52,141 bases of DNA from assembly GCA_964348825.1 (NCBI GenBank), contig CAYGDX010000001.1, forward strand, positions 36,625 to 88,765, in the 5' to 3' direction. A program made the translations under genes and the position numbers. Position 1 is the first letter of the stretch; each line of letters starts with the position of its first letter. Source of the stretch: an uncultured Gammaproteobacteria bacterium (GTDB taxonomy: Bacteria > Patescibacteriota > Patescibacteriia > Veblenbacterales > UBA10138). This document shows positions 1 through 8,502 of this stretch, in pieces. The notes below the pieces were generated by a model. That model was not told the DNA's origin. It made no database searches and saw nothing but the letters and a program-made list of their open reading frames with translations.

Positions 1-200
1 TTAGAAATCATTTCCCCAATAAATTATTTGATACTTTTATACCGCGTAATGTGCGGCTAGCCGAAGCACCGAGCTATGGTCAGCCAGTAGTAGTGTATGA
101 TCCATCATCGCGGGGAGCAGTGGCTTATGAAGCATTGGCGAGAGAGTTGTTGGCGAGATGGGGTGGGCAGACGGATAGTAGTGAAATTGTGAATAATTAA
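1..200 (+). CDS. parA: ParA/Soj family ATPase, 3' end (truncated by window edge)
   Basis: Frame from nt 3 reads ...FPNKLFDTFIPRNVRLAEAPSYGQPVVVYDPSSRGAVAYEALARE..., the typical Soj/ParA C-terminus; stop TAA at 198-200; directly upstream of parB. Confidence 0.9.
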   Translation, partial: RNHFPNKLFDTFIPRNVRLAEAPSYGQPVVVYDPSSRGAVAYEALARELLARWGGQTDSSEIVNN

Positions 201-429
201 TTTTAAAATTTCAAATATCAAAATCCAAATGTCAAATCAAATCCAAATTATTTAATTTCCAATGATCAATGATCAATTTACAATGAATTTACAATTAAAC
301 AATTTTTCAATTATTTTGTTTTGATAATTGTGACATTGAACATTGATAATTTATTGAAAATTGTAAATTGATAATTGAAAATTTTTATAAAATTTTTACT
401 CCAACCTCTTACTCTTACTTACTAAACAC

Positions 430-1347
430 ATGCCAAAACCTTTTCAACTTGGTCGGGGACTCAGCGCCCTCATCTCACCTAAAAAAGAGGGTGTTAATTT
501 TTGGGGTGCGGCAAATATTACACCCGAAAGCGAATCATTATCGTCTGATAAGGTGTCTGGGCCGTTGGTTACAAATGGCGTACAAGAAATCAGTTTAAAA
601 AATATTCATCCCGATGTTAATCAACCTCGTAAAAATATTGAACCAGAGGCCTTACAAAATTTAGTCGCCTCTATTAAAGTGCACGGTATTTTACAACCCT
701 TAGTGGTAAGTCCGCGGACCGGTGGCGGGTATGATTTAATTGCTGGTGAACGACGCTTTCGAGCAGCGACTTTGGCCGGTTTTAAAACTGTACCAGTAAT
801 TATTCGTGATGTTTCTGAGCAGAAAAAATTAGCCCTCGCACTTGTCGAAAATATTCAACGGGAAGATTTAAACGCATTAGAAGAAGCCGTAGCTTTTAAA
901 AGATTGGAAGACGAGTTTGGCTTAACTCAAGAAGCCATAGCCCACGAGGTAGGAAAATCTCGCGCTCAAGTGGCGAATACTTTACGGCTACTTACTTTAT
1001 CACCATCTATTCAACAAGCTTTAGGACAAAATAAAATTACCATGGGGCATGCCAAGGTTTTAATGGGAATAGATGATCCGGCTGAACAAATTAAATTTTT
1101 TGAAAGAATTTTAAGTCAAGGATTATCAGTTCGGGAAACTGAAATTAAAACTAAACCAGTACGAGTACGAAGTCATTTGCGAAAAACAATGTCCGATCCA
1201 AATTTGAAGGTTTGGGAACAAGAATTAGCTTCGGCCTTAGGTACCAAAGTACAAATAAAAGGTAATCGAGAAAAAGGTACCATTGAAGTTACTTATTTTT
1301 CCGATGAGGAGTTGGAGGGAGTGGTGGAGAAGATCGTTGGAGTTTAG
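430..1347 (+). CDS. parB: ParB/Spo0J chromosome partitioning protein
   Basis: LGRGLSALI N-terminus, NQPRK, GILQPLVV, IAGERRFRA and ENIQREDLN motifs, HTH region. Confidence 0.97.
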   Translation: MPKPFQLGRGLSALISPKKEGVNFWGAANITPESESLSSDKVSGPLVTNGVQEISLKNIHPDVNQPRKNIEPEALQNLVASIKVHGILQPLVVSPRTGGGYDLIAGERRFRAATLAGFKTVPVIIRDVSEQKKLALALVENIQREDLNALEEAVAFKRLEDEFGLTQEAIAHEVGKSRAQVANTLRLLTLSPSIQQALGQNKITMGHAKVLMGIDDPAEQIKFFERILSQGLSVRETEIKTKPVRVRSHLRKTMSDPNLKVWEQELASALGTKVQIKGNREKGTIEVTYFSDEELEGVVEKIVGV

Positions 1348-1474
1348 CCACTAGTTTTCCTGTCAATGATTATGGTCTGCTGGGCTAGATAGTCGTAGTA
1401 ACTATTATTTTAAATATTTGATCGAAATAAACTCTTATATTAGCCAAAATATATTGATTTTATACGAACTACTA

Positions 1475-1503
1475 TTGACAAGTAGTTGTATTTTCGCTAT
1501 ACT
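1475..1503 (+). promoter_or_regulatory. sigma70-type promoter for the 1650 ORF
   Basis: TTGACA (1475-1480), 17 bp spacer, TATACT (1498-1503). Confidence 0.7.
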
Positions 1504-1649
1504 TATTTGAATTGTTCTTTAACAATTTAGATTATGTTTTAAGCAGCTGCCTGTGGCTGTACAAAAAATATTCCGATTGAATAACAGGATTCAATCAAAC
1601 TCCAAACCGACCAAGGGACCACCCGCGGCGGAACAAAAAAGGAGAAGTT

Positions 1650-2183
1650 ATGCGTATATTTATTAATTCATTAAAGGTAACAAATTTATCATACCAAGGT
1701 CTTCAGAGGAAATTTACAGTCAAACCTCGTGGGTACGTTTGCGATACACCGTTCGATTTTGATTTTAATATTCACGATGATAGTAATGATATTCTTAATT
1801 GGGTCAAGGAAAACTTGAATTTAGAAGATATTAATTATTGTTCTTTGTGGTTGCAAATAGATTATAAAAAGACAAATACAAGAACTATCGGCCAATATGT
1901 TTTAGGAGGAGTTACAATGACGGTTGAGAGCGACTACGCGTCTTATGGTGAAAGGAGAGATGATTTTTATCGGCTCAAATTTAATTTCTCTGTCGCTGAT
2001 TTTCCAAACGTGCAGAAATTGTATAAATTATTCATGTCTGGCGATGCACTCCCATATTTAACTCAAGGATGGGGTGGGCCAGAAAAACCAAAACCAATTA
2101 TGTCTGTCATGCAAGCCTTGCGTGAGTTTTGTATGGCAGTAAAACGCGCAGCATCTGCTTATTATGCACAATCACAGAGGTGA
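1650..2183 (+). CDS. hypothetical protein (177 aa)
   Basis: ATG preceded by AAGGAG, own promoter and downstream terminator; no family recognised. Confidence 0.7.
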   Translation: MRIFINSLKVTNLSYQGLQRKFTVKPRGYVCDTPFDFDFNIHDDSNDILNWVKENLNLEDINYCSLWLQIDYKKTNTRTIGQYVLGGVTMTVESDYASYGERRDDFYRLKFNFSVADFPNVQKLYKLFMSGDALPYLTQGWGGPEKPKPIMSVMQALREFCMAVKRAASAYYAQSQR

Positions 2184-2211
2184 GAAATGAAAAATAATAT
2201 TTAAAACAGTG

Positions 2212-2237
2212 AAGGCGACAATAAATATTGTCGCCTT
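2212..2237. terminator. bidirectional intrinsic terminator
   Basis: aaggcgacaat/attgtcgcctt 11-bp stem between convergent genes. Confidence 0.7.
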
Positions 2238-2249
2238 TGTTATATTTAT

Positions 2250-3728
2250 TTACTCTTTCTTCCTACTAAATATATTAAGCAATCCATACCGTTTGCGCTT
2301 GATGTGGGCTTTAATGTGATTTTTGGCCACGTTGGTTTTTATAAATTTCAACCAATCTTCGCTCGGGCCGGGGCGATTTTTATCGATAATAACATCTACT
2401 AAATCACCACTGAGTAATTTATGATCCAGTGGCACCATTTTGTCGTTCACTTTCGCGCCCGACATTTTATTGCCTAAATCAGTGTGAATATGATAAGCAA
2501 AATCAACTGGTGTGGAATTTTCTGGCAGATCAATTACATCGCCTTTAGGCGTGAAAACAAAAATGCGATTTTGAAAAATATCGATTTTTAAGGCCGCGAG
2601 ATATTGCTCGTGGTCTTTAATATCTTTTTGCCAATCTAAAAGTTCTTTAATCCATTTTAATTGTTCAGCCGGTAGTTGCATGCCCTTTTTCTTACTACCT
2701 TCCTTATAATGCCAGTGAGCGGCAATACCATATTCAGCATGATCATGCATTTCTTTGTCGCGAATTTGGAATTCAGCAATTTGTCCATCTTCACCAAATA
2801 CGGTGGTGTGTAGTGAACGATAACCATTAGGTTTGGGTTGGGCAATATAATCTTTAATACGTCCGGGCATTGGTTTCCATAAACTATGTACTAACCCGAG
2901 TGTATTATAACAGTCAGCTACATTTGGCAAAATAATACGCATTGCTACCAAATCATAAACTTTATTTATGTCCATATCTTTCCGTAACAGTTTGCGGTAT
3001 AAACTATAATAATGTTTCACACGACCATGTATGGAAATTGGTTCAATATTATTTTCCCTTAAGATATTTTTTACTTGAATGATTAATTTATTAACATGGC
3101 TTAATTGGTCTTTTAAGCGGTCAGCTGAAATTTTTACCGTCCAGTCATATTCTTCTGGATAAACAAATTTGAAAGCTAAGTCCTCTAATTTACCACGCAA
3201 TTCACCAATTCCTAAGCGATTGGCGATGGGGGCATAAATTTCTAATGTCTCACGAGCAATGCGTTGTTGTTTAACTAGTGGCAGGGCTTGGAGTGTTTCT
3301 AAATTATGTAATCGATCCGCTAATTTAATAATAATCACGCGGATATCTTCAGCCATAGCCACAAACATTTTGCGCAAATTTTCGGCGTAGCGTTCTAATC
3401 CGCGGTATTTTATTTTACCAAGTTTGGTAATACCTTTAACTAGTTTAGCTATTTCTGAACCAAATTCTTTTTCTATTTCCTCAATTGTTACGGCAGTATC
3501 TTCGGGCACGTCGTGCAGTAACCCAGCAATTACAGTTTGCACATCTAGCCGCAGCCCAGCTAGTGTAAAAGCGGTGGCCAAAGAGTGTTCAATATAATCA
3601 GTGCCGTCTAAGCGCTTTTGGCCAGCGTGGGCTGAGGCCGCAAAATCATAAGCCCGTTTAAGATTTAGCAAATCAGCGTCGGGAAATTGCTTATGAACTA
3701 GATTTTTTAGATCATCAAAAGTTGCCAT
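2250..3728 (-). CDS. relA: RelA/SpoT homolog, (p)ppGpp synthetase/hydrolase (HD + SYNTH + TGS; no ACT domain seen)
   Basis: AHAGQKR, LLHDVPEDT, IKLADRLHN, KPNGYRSLHT, EFQIR, AEYGIAAHWHYKE, FVFTPKG, PVDFAYHIHT motifs. Confidence 0.95.
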   Translation of the reverse strand: MATFDDLKNLVHKQFPDADLLNLKRAYDFAASAHAGQKRLDGTDYIEHSLATAFTLAGLRLDVQTVIAGLLHDVPEDTAVTIEEIEKEFGSEIAKLVKGITKLGKIKYRGLERYAENLRKMFVAMAEDIRVIIIKLADRLHNLETLQALPLVKQQRIARETLEIYAPIANRLGIGELRGKLEDLAFKFVYPEEYDWTVKISADRLKDQLSHVNKLIIQVKNILRENNIEPISIHGRVKHYYSLYRKLLRKDMDINKVYDLVAMRIILPNVADCYNTLGLVHSLWKPMPGRIKDYIAQPKPNGYRSLHTTVFGEDGQIAEFQIRDKEMHDHAEYGIAAHWHYKEGSKKKGMQLPAEQLKWIKELLDWQKDIKDHEQYLAALKIDIFQNRIFVFTPKGDVIDLPENSTPVDFAYHIHTDLGNKMSGAKVNDKMVPLDHKLLSGDLVDVIIDKNRPGPSEDWLKFIKTNVAKNHIKAHIKRKRYGLLNIFSRKKE

Positions 3729-3834
3729 ATGTTTACGATTTAATATAGCATTAATATGGTTTTAAATCAAGTATAAAAATAAAAACGGCGCGAGATTTTA
3801 TCTTGCGCCATCTGTAAAAAATAATTTATTGTAG

Positions 3835-4359
3835 TTAATTTTTTTTACCAGTTTTAATTTTTTCTCGTTCACTTCTGATAAAACCAAAGGGTAATAAAGG
3901 TGTAGCAGTGGTGATAGTATCACGCTCTAAGGCGATGGCCAGATCTTTATCTTCTTCAGTAAATTCAAAGGAGTGAAAAAGCAATCTTTCGCTGGTAATT
4001 TCTATCCAGTTACTATCCATTACCATTTTTTTTATTAGAGTCAAAGCGTGATTTACACTGTCAGCCGTATGATATTTTATTCGGGGATCATGGGGGTCAA
4101 CTTTTGGGTATAATTCAGGTTGAGAAGTTACCCAAATAATATGATTAATAAGCATCCCGTAACCTTTAAGATTTTCCAGCACTTCATTTTTAGCAGTTAT
4201 TGGGTCACCTTTGTCGTCTACGAGATAAAGACAACGTTTATCTTGCGTATATTCACCAGGATATTTGATTTCTTTTACGGCGTGTTCTTTTTGATAAATT
4301 AAATATCCAATTAGTCCAGCCGCAATGACAACTATTGCTATGATTATGTATTTTTTCAT
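3835..4359 (-). CDS. hypothetical protein with N-terminal membrane anchor
   Basis: 174-aa ORF beginning MKKYIIIAIVVIAAGLIGYLIY. Confidence 0.7.
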   Translation of the reverse strand: MKKYIIIAIVVIAAGLIGYLIYQKEHAVKEIKYPGEYTQDKRCLYLVDDKGDPITAKNEVLENLKGYGMLINHIIWVTSQPELYPKVDPHDPRIKYHTADSVNHALTLIKKMVMDSNWIEITSERLLFHSFEFTEEDKDLAIALERDTITTATPLLPFGFIRSEREKIKTGKKN

Positions 4360-4506
4360 GATTTTTTCTTTCAGATTGTTAATGTTGCTTGTTAGTTTAA
4401 ATGGGTTATTTGTCTTTACTTAACTCCTATTTATGTAAATAGTCAAGTTTAAAAAATAAACCCATCTAGGTAGATGAGTTTATTTAACCAAACAGATAAA
4501 TTTAAA

Positions 4507-6735
4507 TTAATTTTCCACCACTTCTTTACTATAATCACACTCTTTGTTGGAACAATTCACCATTCCTTTTTTAGCGTACACGAGCAGTGATTTACATTTC
4601 GGGCAGGCCTCGCCGGTTGGTTTACTCCACAATGCAAATTTGCAATCTGGATATTTTGAACAAGAATAAAAATTGCGGCCGCGTTTGGAACGTTTTTCTA
4701 TAATATCACCTTCACTGCACTGCGGACATTTCACGCCAGTTAATTTTTGAATCGCTTTTATACCTTTACAATCTGGATATTTAGAACAAGCTAGAAATTT
4801 ACCAAACCGTCCTCGTTTAAATACCATAGCACTTCCACACTCCGGACATTTTTCATCGGTCGTTTCAGGTTCTTCTATTTCACCGGTGGCGGTTATTTGT
4901 TTGGTGTTGCGACATTCTGGATATTTAGAACAAGCTAGAAATTTACCAAACCTTCCAATTTTTATAATCATTGGGGAGCCACACTTTTCACAAATTTGAT
5001 CAGTTTCGGTTTCAGTTAATTCTTTTTTAGACACTTGATCATATTTTATATTCAAGTGACCTTTGAATGGTAAATAAAATGATTCAATCACTGGTACCCA
5101 AGCTATATTACCCAAAGCAATTTCATCTAATTGATTTTCCATCTTAGCGGTGAATTCATAGTCAACCACTTCTGGAAAATGTTCCACCAAAACATCATTC
5201 ACCAAAAAAGCCATATCAGTTGGTTTCAGGCGTTTTTCAAATTTTTCCACATAGCCACGATCCACCACAGTTGAGATAGTTGGGGCGTAAGTGGAAGGGC
5301 GACCAATGCCGTAGCTTTCAAGAGCTTTAACCAGCGAGGCTTCACTATAACGCGCCGGTGGTTCAGTAAAATGTTGTTCGGGTGTTACCTTGGTTAAATC
5401 AACAGTGTCACCTTTGCTTAATTTTGGTAAAATTCTATCTTCTCTTTTTTCTAGCCAAATTTTTAAGAAGCCATCAAAAATCATGACCGAGCCATTGGTT
5501 TTAAAAGTAGCAGTTTGTTTGGGGTCGCAAATTAAAATTGTAGCGGAATCAAATTGGGCTTCCGGTAATTGGCTGGCGAGTGCGCGACGCCAAATTAAAT
5601 TGTATAATTTCCATTCTTGGGGCGAAAGATTATTTTTTATGGCATCGGGATTACGAGCGGCCTCAGTTGGGCGGATAGCTTCGTGCGCTTCTTGAGCATT
5701 TTTACTTTTGGTGGCATAACGTTTTGACCCAACTGCATATTTATCACCCAAATTATTTTTAATATAGTCTTGTGCTTCGTTTAAAAATTTATCAGCTAAG
5801 TTGGTGGAATCGGTACGCATGTAAGTAATCAAACCGACTTGGCCTTCGGGTAGCTCCATACCTTCATAAAGTTTTTGCGCAAGCGACATAGTTTGTTTAG
5901 CCGAATAGCCTAAATAACGGTTAGCATCTTGTTGTAAAGTAGAAGTAGTATAAGGGCCTAAGGGTGCACGTTTGGTAACTTTAGTTTCTAAAGAATCAAT
6001 TTTCCAGGTTTTAATGTTTTTTAAGTCACTCGCGATTTTTTCAGCTTGAGTGGTGCTTGGAATAGCAAATTTATCTAAAGTTTCATTATTTAATTTAGTT
6101 AGTTCGGCTGTAAAAATTTCTTTCGTCCAACTAAAATCACCGCTTATGGTCCAATATTCTTGAGCGGTAAATTTTTGAATTTCTCGTTCACGTTCCACAA
6201 TCAAACGCACCGCGACTGATTGTACGCGACCAGCCGAAAGACCTTTCGCCACTTTTTTCCACAAAAAAGGTGAGAGTTCATAACCAACTAAGCGATCCAA
6301 AATGCGGCGAGCTTGTTGAGCATCAACTAATTTTTGATCAATATCACGTGGATTTTTTATGGCCTCAGAAATGGCGTGGGCCGTAATCTCGTGAAAAGTA
6401 ATGCGTTTTATTTTATCGGTCGCTGGCTTTAGTAAATGTACTAAATGCCAAGAAATAGCTTCGCCTTCGCGGTCTTCATCAGTCGCAAAGTAAATGATAT
6501 CAGATTTTTTAGCCGCTTCTTTTAATTCGGCCACGTGGGCTTTGGCTTTGAGTGGTATGGTATAAGTTGGTTCAAAATTATGTTCCACATCTACTCCCAG
6601 TTTACTTTTTGGCAAATCACGTACGTGTCCAAATGAAGAAAGCACAGTAAATTCACTACCCAAAAAACGGCTAATAGTCTTAGCTTTGGTAGGAGATTCG
6701 ACAATGACGAGGTGGTGGTTTTTTACTTTTGGCAT
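4507..6735 (-). CDS. topA: DNA topoisomerase I (type IA) with C-terminal Zn ribbons
   Basis: LVIVESPTKAKTI, ATDEDREGEAI, SAGRVQS, ITYMRTDS (catalytic Tyr), GIGRPSTYA, C4 Zn-ribbon repeats. Confidence 0.98.
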   Translation of the reverse strand: MPKVKNHHLVIVESPTKAKTISRFLGSEFTVLSSFGHVRDLPKSKLGVDVEHNFEPTYTIPLKAKAHVAELKEAAKKSDIIYFATDEDREGEAISWHLVHLLKPATDKIKRITFHEITAHAISEAIKNPRDIDQKLVDAQQARRILDRLVGYELSPFLWKKVAKGLSAGRVQSVAVRLIVEREREIQKFTAQEYWTISGDFSWTKEIFTAELTKLNNETLDKFAIPSTTQAEKIASDLKNIKTWKIDSLETKVTKRAPLGPYTTSTLQQDANRYLGYSAKQTMSLAQKLYEGMELPEGQVGLITYMRTDSTNLADKFLNEAQDYIKNNLGDKYAVGSKRYATKSKNAQEAHEAIRPTEAARNPDAIKNNLSPQEWKLYNLIWRRALASQLPEAQFDSATILICDPKQTATFKTNGSVMIFDGFLKIWLEKREDRILPKLSKGDTVDLTKVTPEQHFTEPPARYSEASLVKALESYGIGRPSTYAPTISTVVDRGYVEKFEKRLKPTDMAFLVNDVLVEHFPEVVDYEFTAKMENQLDEIALGNIAWVPVIESFYLPFKGHLNIKYDQVSKKELTETETDQICEKCGSPMIIKIGRFGKFLACSKYPECRNTKQITATGEIEEPETTDEKCPECGSAMVFKRGRFGKFLACSKYPDCKGIKAIQKLTGVKCPQCSEGDIIEKRSKRGRNFYSCSKYPDCKFALWSKPTGEACPKCKSLLVYAKKGMVNCSNKECDYSKEVVEN

Positions 6736-6930
6736 AGTTAATTTAGTTATTGATATTTGTTCAATAATATTTATCCAGAATCACGAATCAGGAATAACGA
6801 ATCAAGATAAGTACTACTAACATTCGTGATTCTTAATTCGTGATTCGTTATTCTAAATTATTAGGATTTTAGATAACAGTTGTGTTTATACCACAATTAT
6901 TATAAAGTTGTCTAGTCAGACAATAATTTA

Positions 6931-8025
6931 TTACATAATTTTTAAGTACTTTCCATTTTCCATTTTTTTAAGATGACCCGAGAGTTCAAGCATAGTTAGT
7001 TCCGATAAAATAGCGCTCGGAGCTAGATTTAATTTCTTAACTAATTCATCTACTCCAATCGGTTCACTCTCAATTTGGTTTAAAATATTATTTTGTTCTG
7101 GTGTGGCTTCGGGTAGGGCTTCGCGCGGAATATATTCTAAACCAAAAACATCCAAAATATCTTGCGCGTCAGTTACCAAATGTGCGCCAGCTTTTAATAA
7201 ATCATTAGTGCCTTGGGCTGTTTCAAGCATTATGTTACCCGGCACAGCAAATACTTCGCGATTGGCTTCGAGCGCTGATTTAGCGGTAATGAGTGAGCCC
7301 GAACCCAGTGCCGCTTCAATTACTAAAGTACCGCGCGCAAGGCCGGCAATTATTCGGTTGCGAAAAGGGAAGTTTTGTTTTAAAGGTGCGGCGCCGGGTG
7401 GAAACTCACTTATGAGAAGACCACCTTTGTTTACAATATCTTGAGCCAGTGGTAGGTTGGCAGTTGGGTAAATGGTATCAAGTCCAGAAGCTAGTACGGC
7501 TATAGTGGTGCCGCAAGCGAGCAAAGTACTGCGATGAGCTACGGCATCAATACCATAAGCGAGCCCGGAAATAATTACGAGCCCGGCGCGTGCCAAGGGG
7601 TCAATTAAATTTTGGGTAATTTGTAGACCGTAGTTACTAGCACGACGTGTTCCCACCACCGCTAAGCTAGGTTTTTGCAAACAAGTAATATCGCCGCGAT
7701 AAAAAAGTAAAAATGGCGGATCGTAAATTTGTTTAAGTAGTTTAGGGTAGGCCTCGTCATCAATTGTTATTACGCCTAAGCCCATTTTTGTAATGGCTTG
7801 ATATTTTTCTTCCAGATTAAAATCGGTGCGGAAAGTTATAAATTCATTAAGTAGTTTTTCATCAAGTCGGGATTGTTTAAGTTCCGAGAGTGACGCTTCC
7901 CAAATTTCTTTGGGTGTTTTAAAAAATTGTCTGAGGGTAGCTAGGCGCTGTGGCCCAATTTTCATAAAATAGGATAGGGCTACCCAGTAAGGATGGGCTT
8001 GATTAGTTAGTGTATTTTCAGGCAT
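6931..8025 (-). CDS. dprA: DNA-protecting protein DprA/Smf
   Basis: LAVVGTRRAS, ISGLAYGIDAVAH, FPFRNRIIAG, GSGSLITA, REVFAVPG; typical dprA-topA order. Confidence 0.97.
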   Translation of the reverse strand: MPENTLTNQAHPYWVALSYFMKIGPQRLATLRQFFKTPKEIWEASLSELKQSRLDEKLLNEFITFRTDFNLEEKYQAITKMGLGVITIDDEAYPKLLKQIYDPPFLLFYRGDITCLQKPSLAVVGTRRASNYGLQITQNLIDPLARAGLVIISGLAYGIDAVAHRSTLLACGTTIAVLASGLDTIYPTANLPLAQDIVNKGGLLISEFPPGAAPLKQNFPFRNRIIAGLARGTLVIEAALGSGSLITAKSALEANREVFAVPGNIMLETAQGTNDLLKAGAHLVTDAQDILDVFGLEYIPREALPEATPEQNNILNQIESEPIGVDELVKKLNLAPSAILSELTMLELSGHLKKMENGKYLKIM

Positions 8026-8130
8026 ACTTATAGTGTAAACATTTTTTTATGTTTTAGGCAAAGACCTTTAATTGATTTGTTTGTTAATTTGTATAAAAAT
8101 TATATGATTTATTCAGAAGGAGGATCACAG

Positions 8131-8403
8131 ATGATAACGACAGAATATCAAAATATTGAGCCGGTTGAGATGACGATAGAAAGATTGCAAAATGATTTAA
8201 AAAAAGTTATTACTAAACTTTCTGGGATAGAGGAGCAAATGGTAATATTTATAAAATTAAATGGTAAAATATCTGACCGTTTAGTTCTTGAGCGTCAGCA
8301 ATTACAAACGAAGCGTGGTGATTTAGAGCGGCGTTTAGGTAAATTACAACCAAATATTAATCCTAAATCAGAGGATAAAGACCAATTGGATTTTTTTAAA
8401 TAA
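8131..8403 (+). CDS. small hypothetical coiled-coil protein
   Basis: ATG at 8131 preceded by AGGAGG; heptad-like Leu pattern. Confidence 0.6.
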   Translation: MITTEYQNIEPVEMTIERLQNDLKKVITKLSGIEEQMVIFIKLNGKISDRLVLERQQLQTKRGDLERRLGKLQPNINPKSEDKDQLDFFK

Positions 8404-8459
8404 AGTTGACATTTAAAATTTTGTTCAACTTTTTTATTTTTAATTTTTACCAATAATAT

Positions 8460-8501
8460 CTATTATCTAATTATGTCCGGCCGGACATAATTAGATAATA
8501 G
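8460..8501. repeat. 42-bp perfect palindrome with no loop; may act as a bidirectional terminator
   Basis: ctattatctaattatgtccgg|ccggacataattagataatag is an exact reverse complement. Confidence 0.9.
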
Positions 8502-8502
8502 G

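Noticed and set aside
200..430. AT-rich region by parA/parB as oriC or parS
   Set aside because: No DnaA-box cluster or parS palindrome seen; it consists of the same heptamer arms found in other spacers
4772..4952. 37-bp exact direct repeat in topA (4772-4808 and 4916-4952) as a second TR/VR pair or att site
   Set aside because: Both copies encode the GKFLACSKYP Zn-ribbon repeat with no adenine-specific mismatches; ordinary domain duplication
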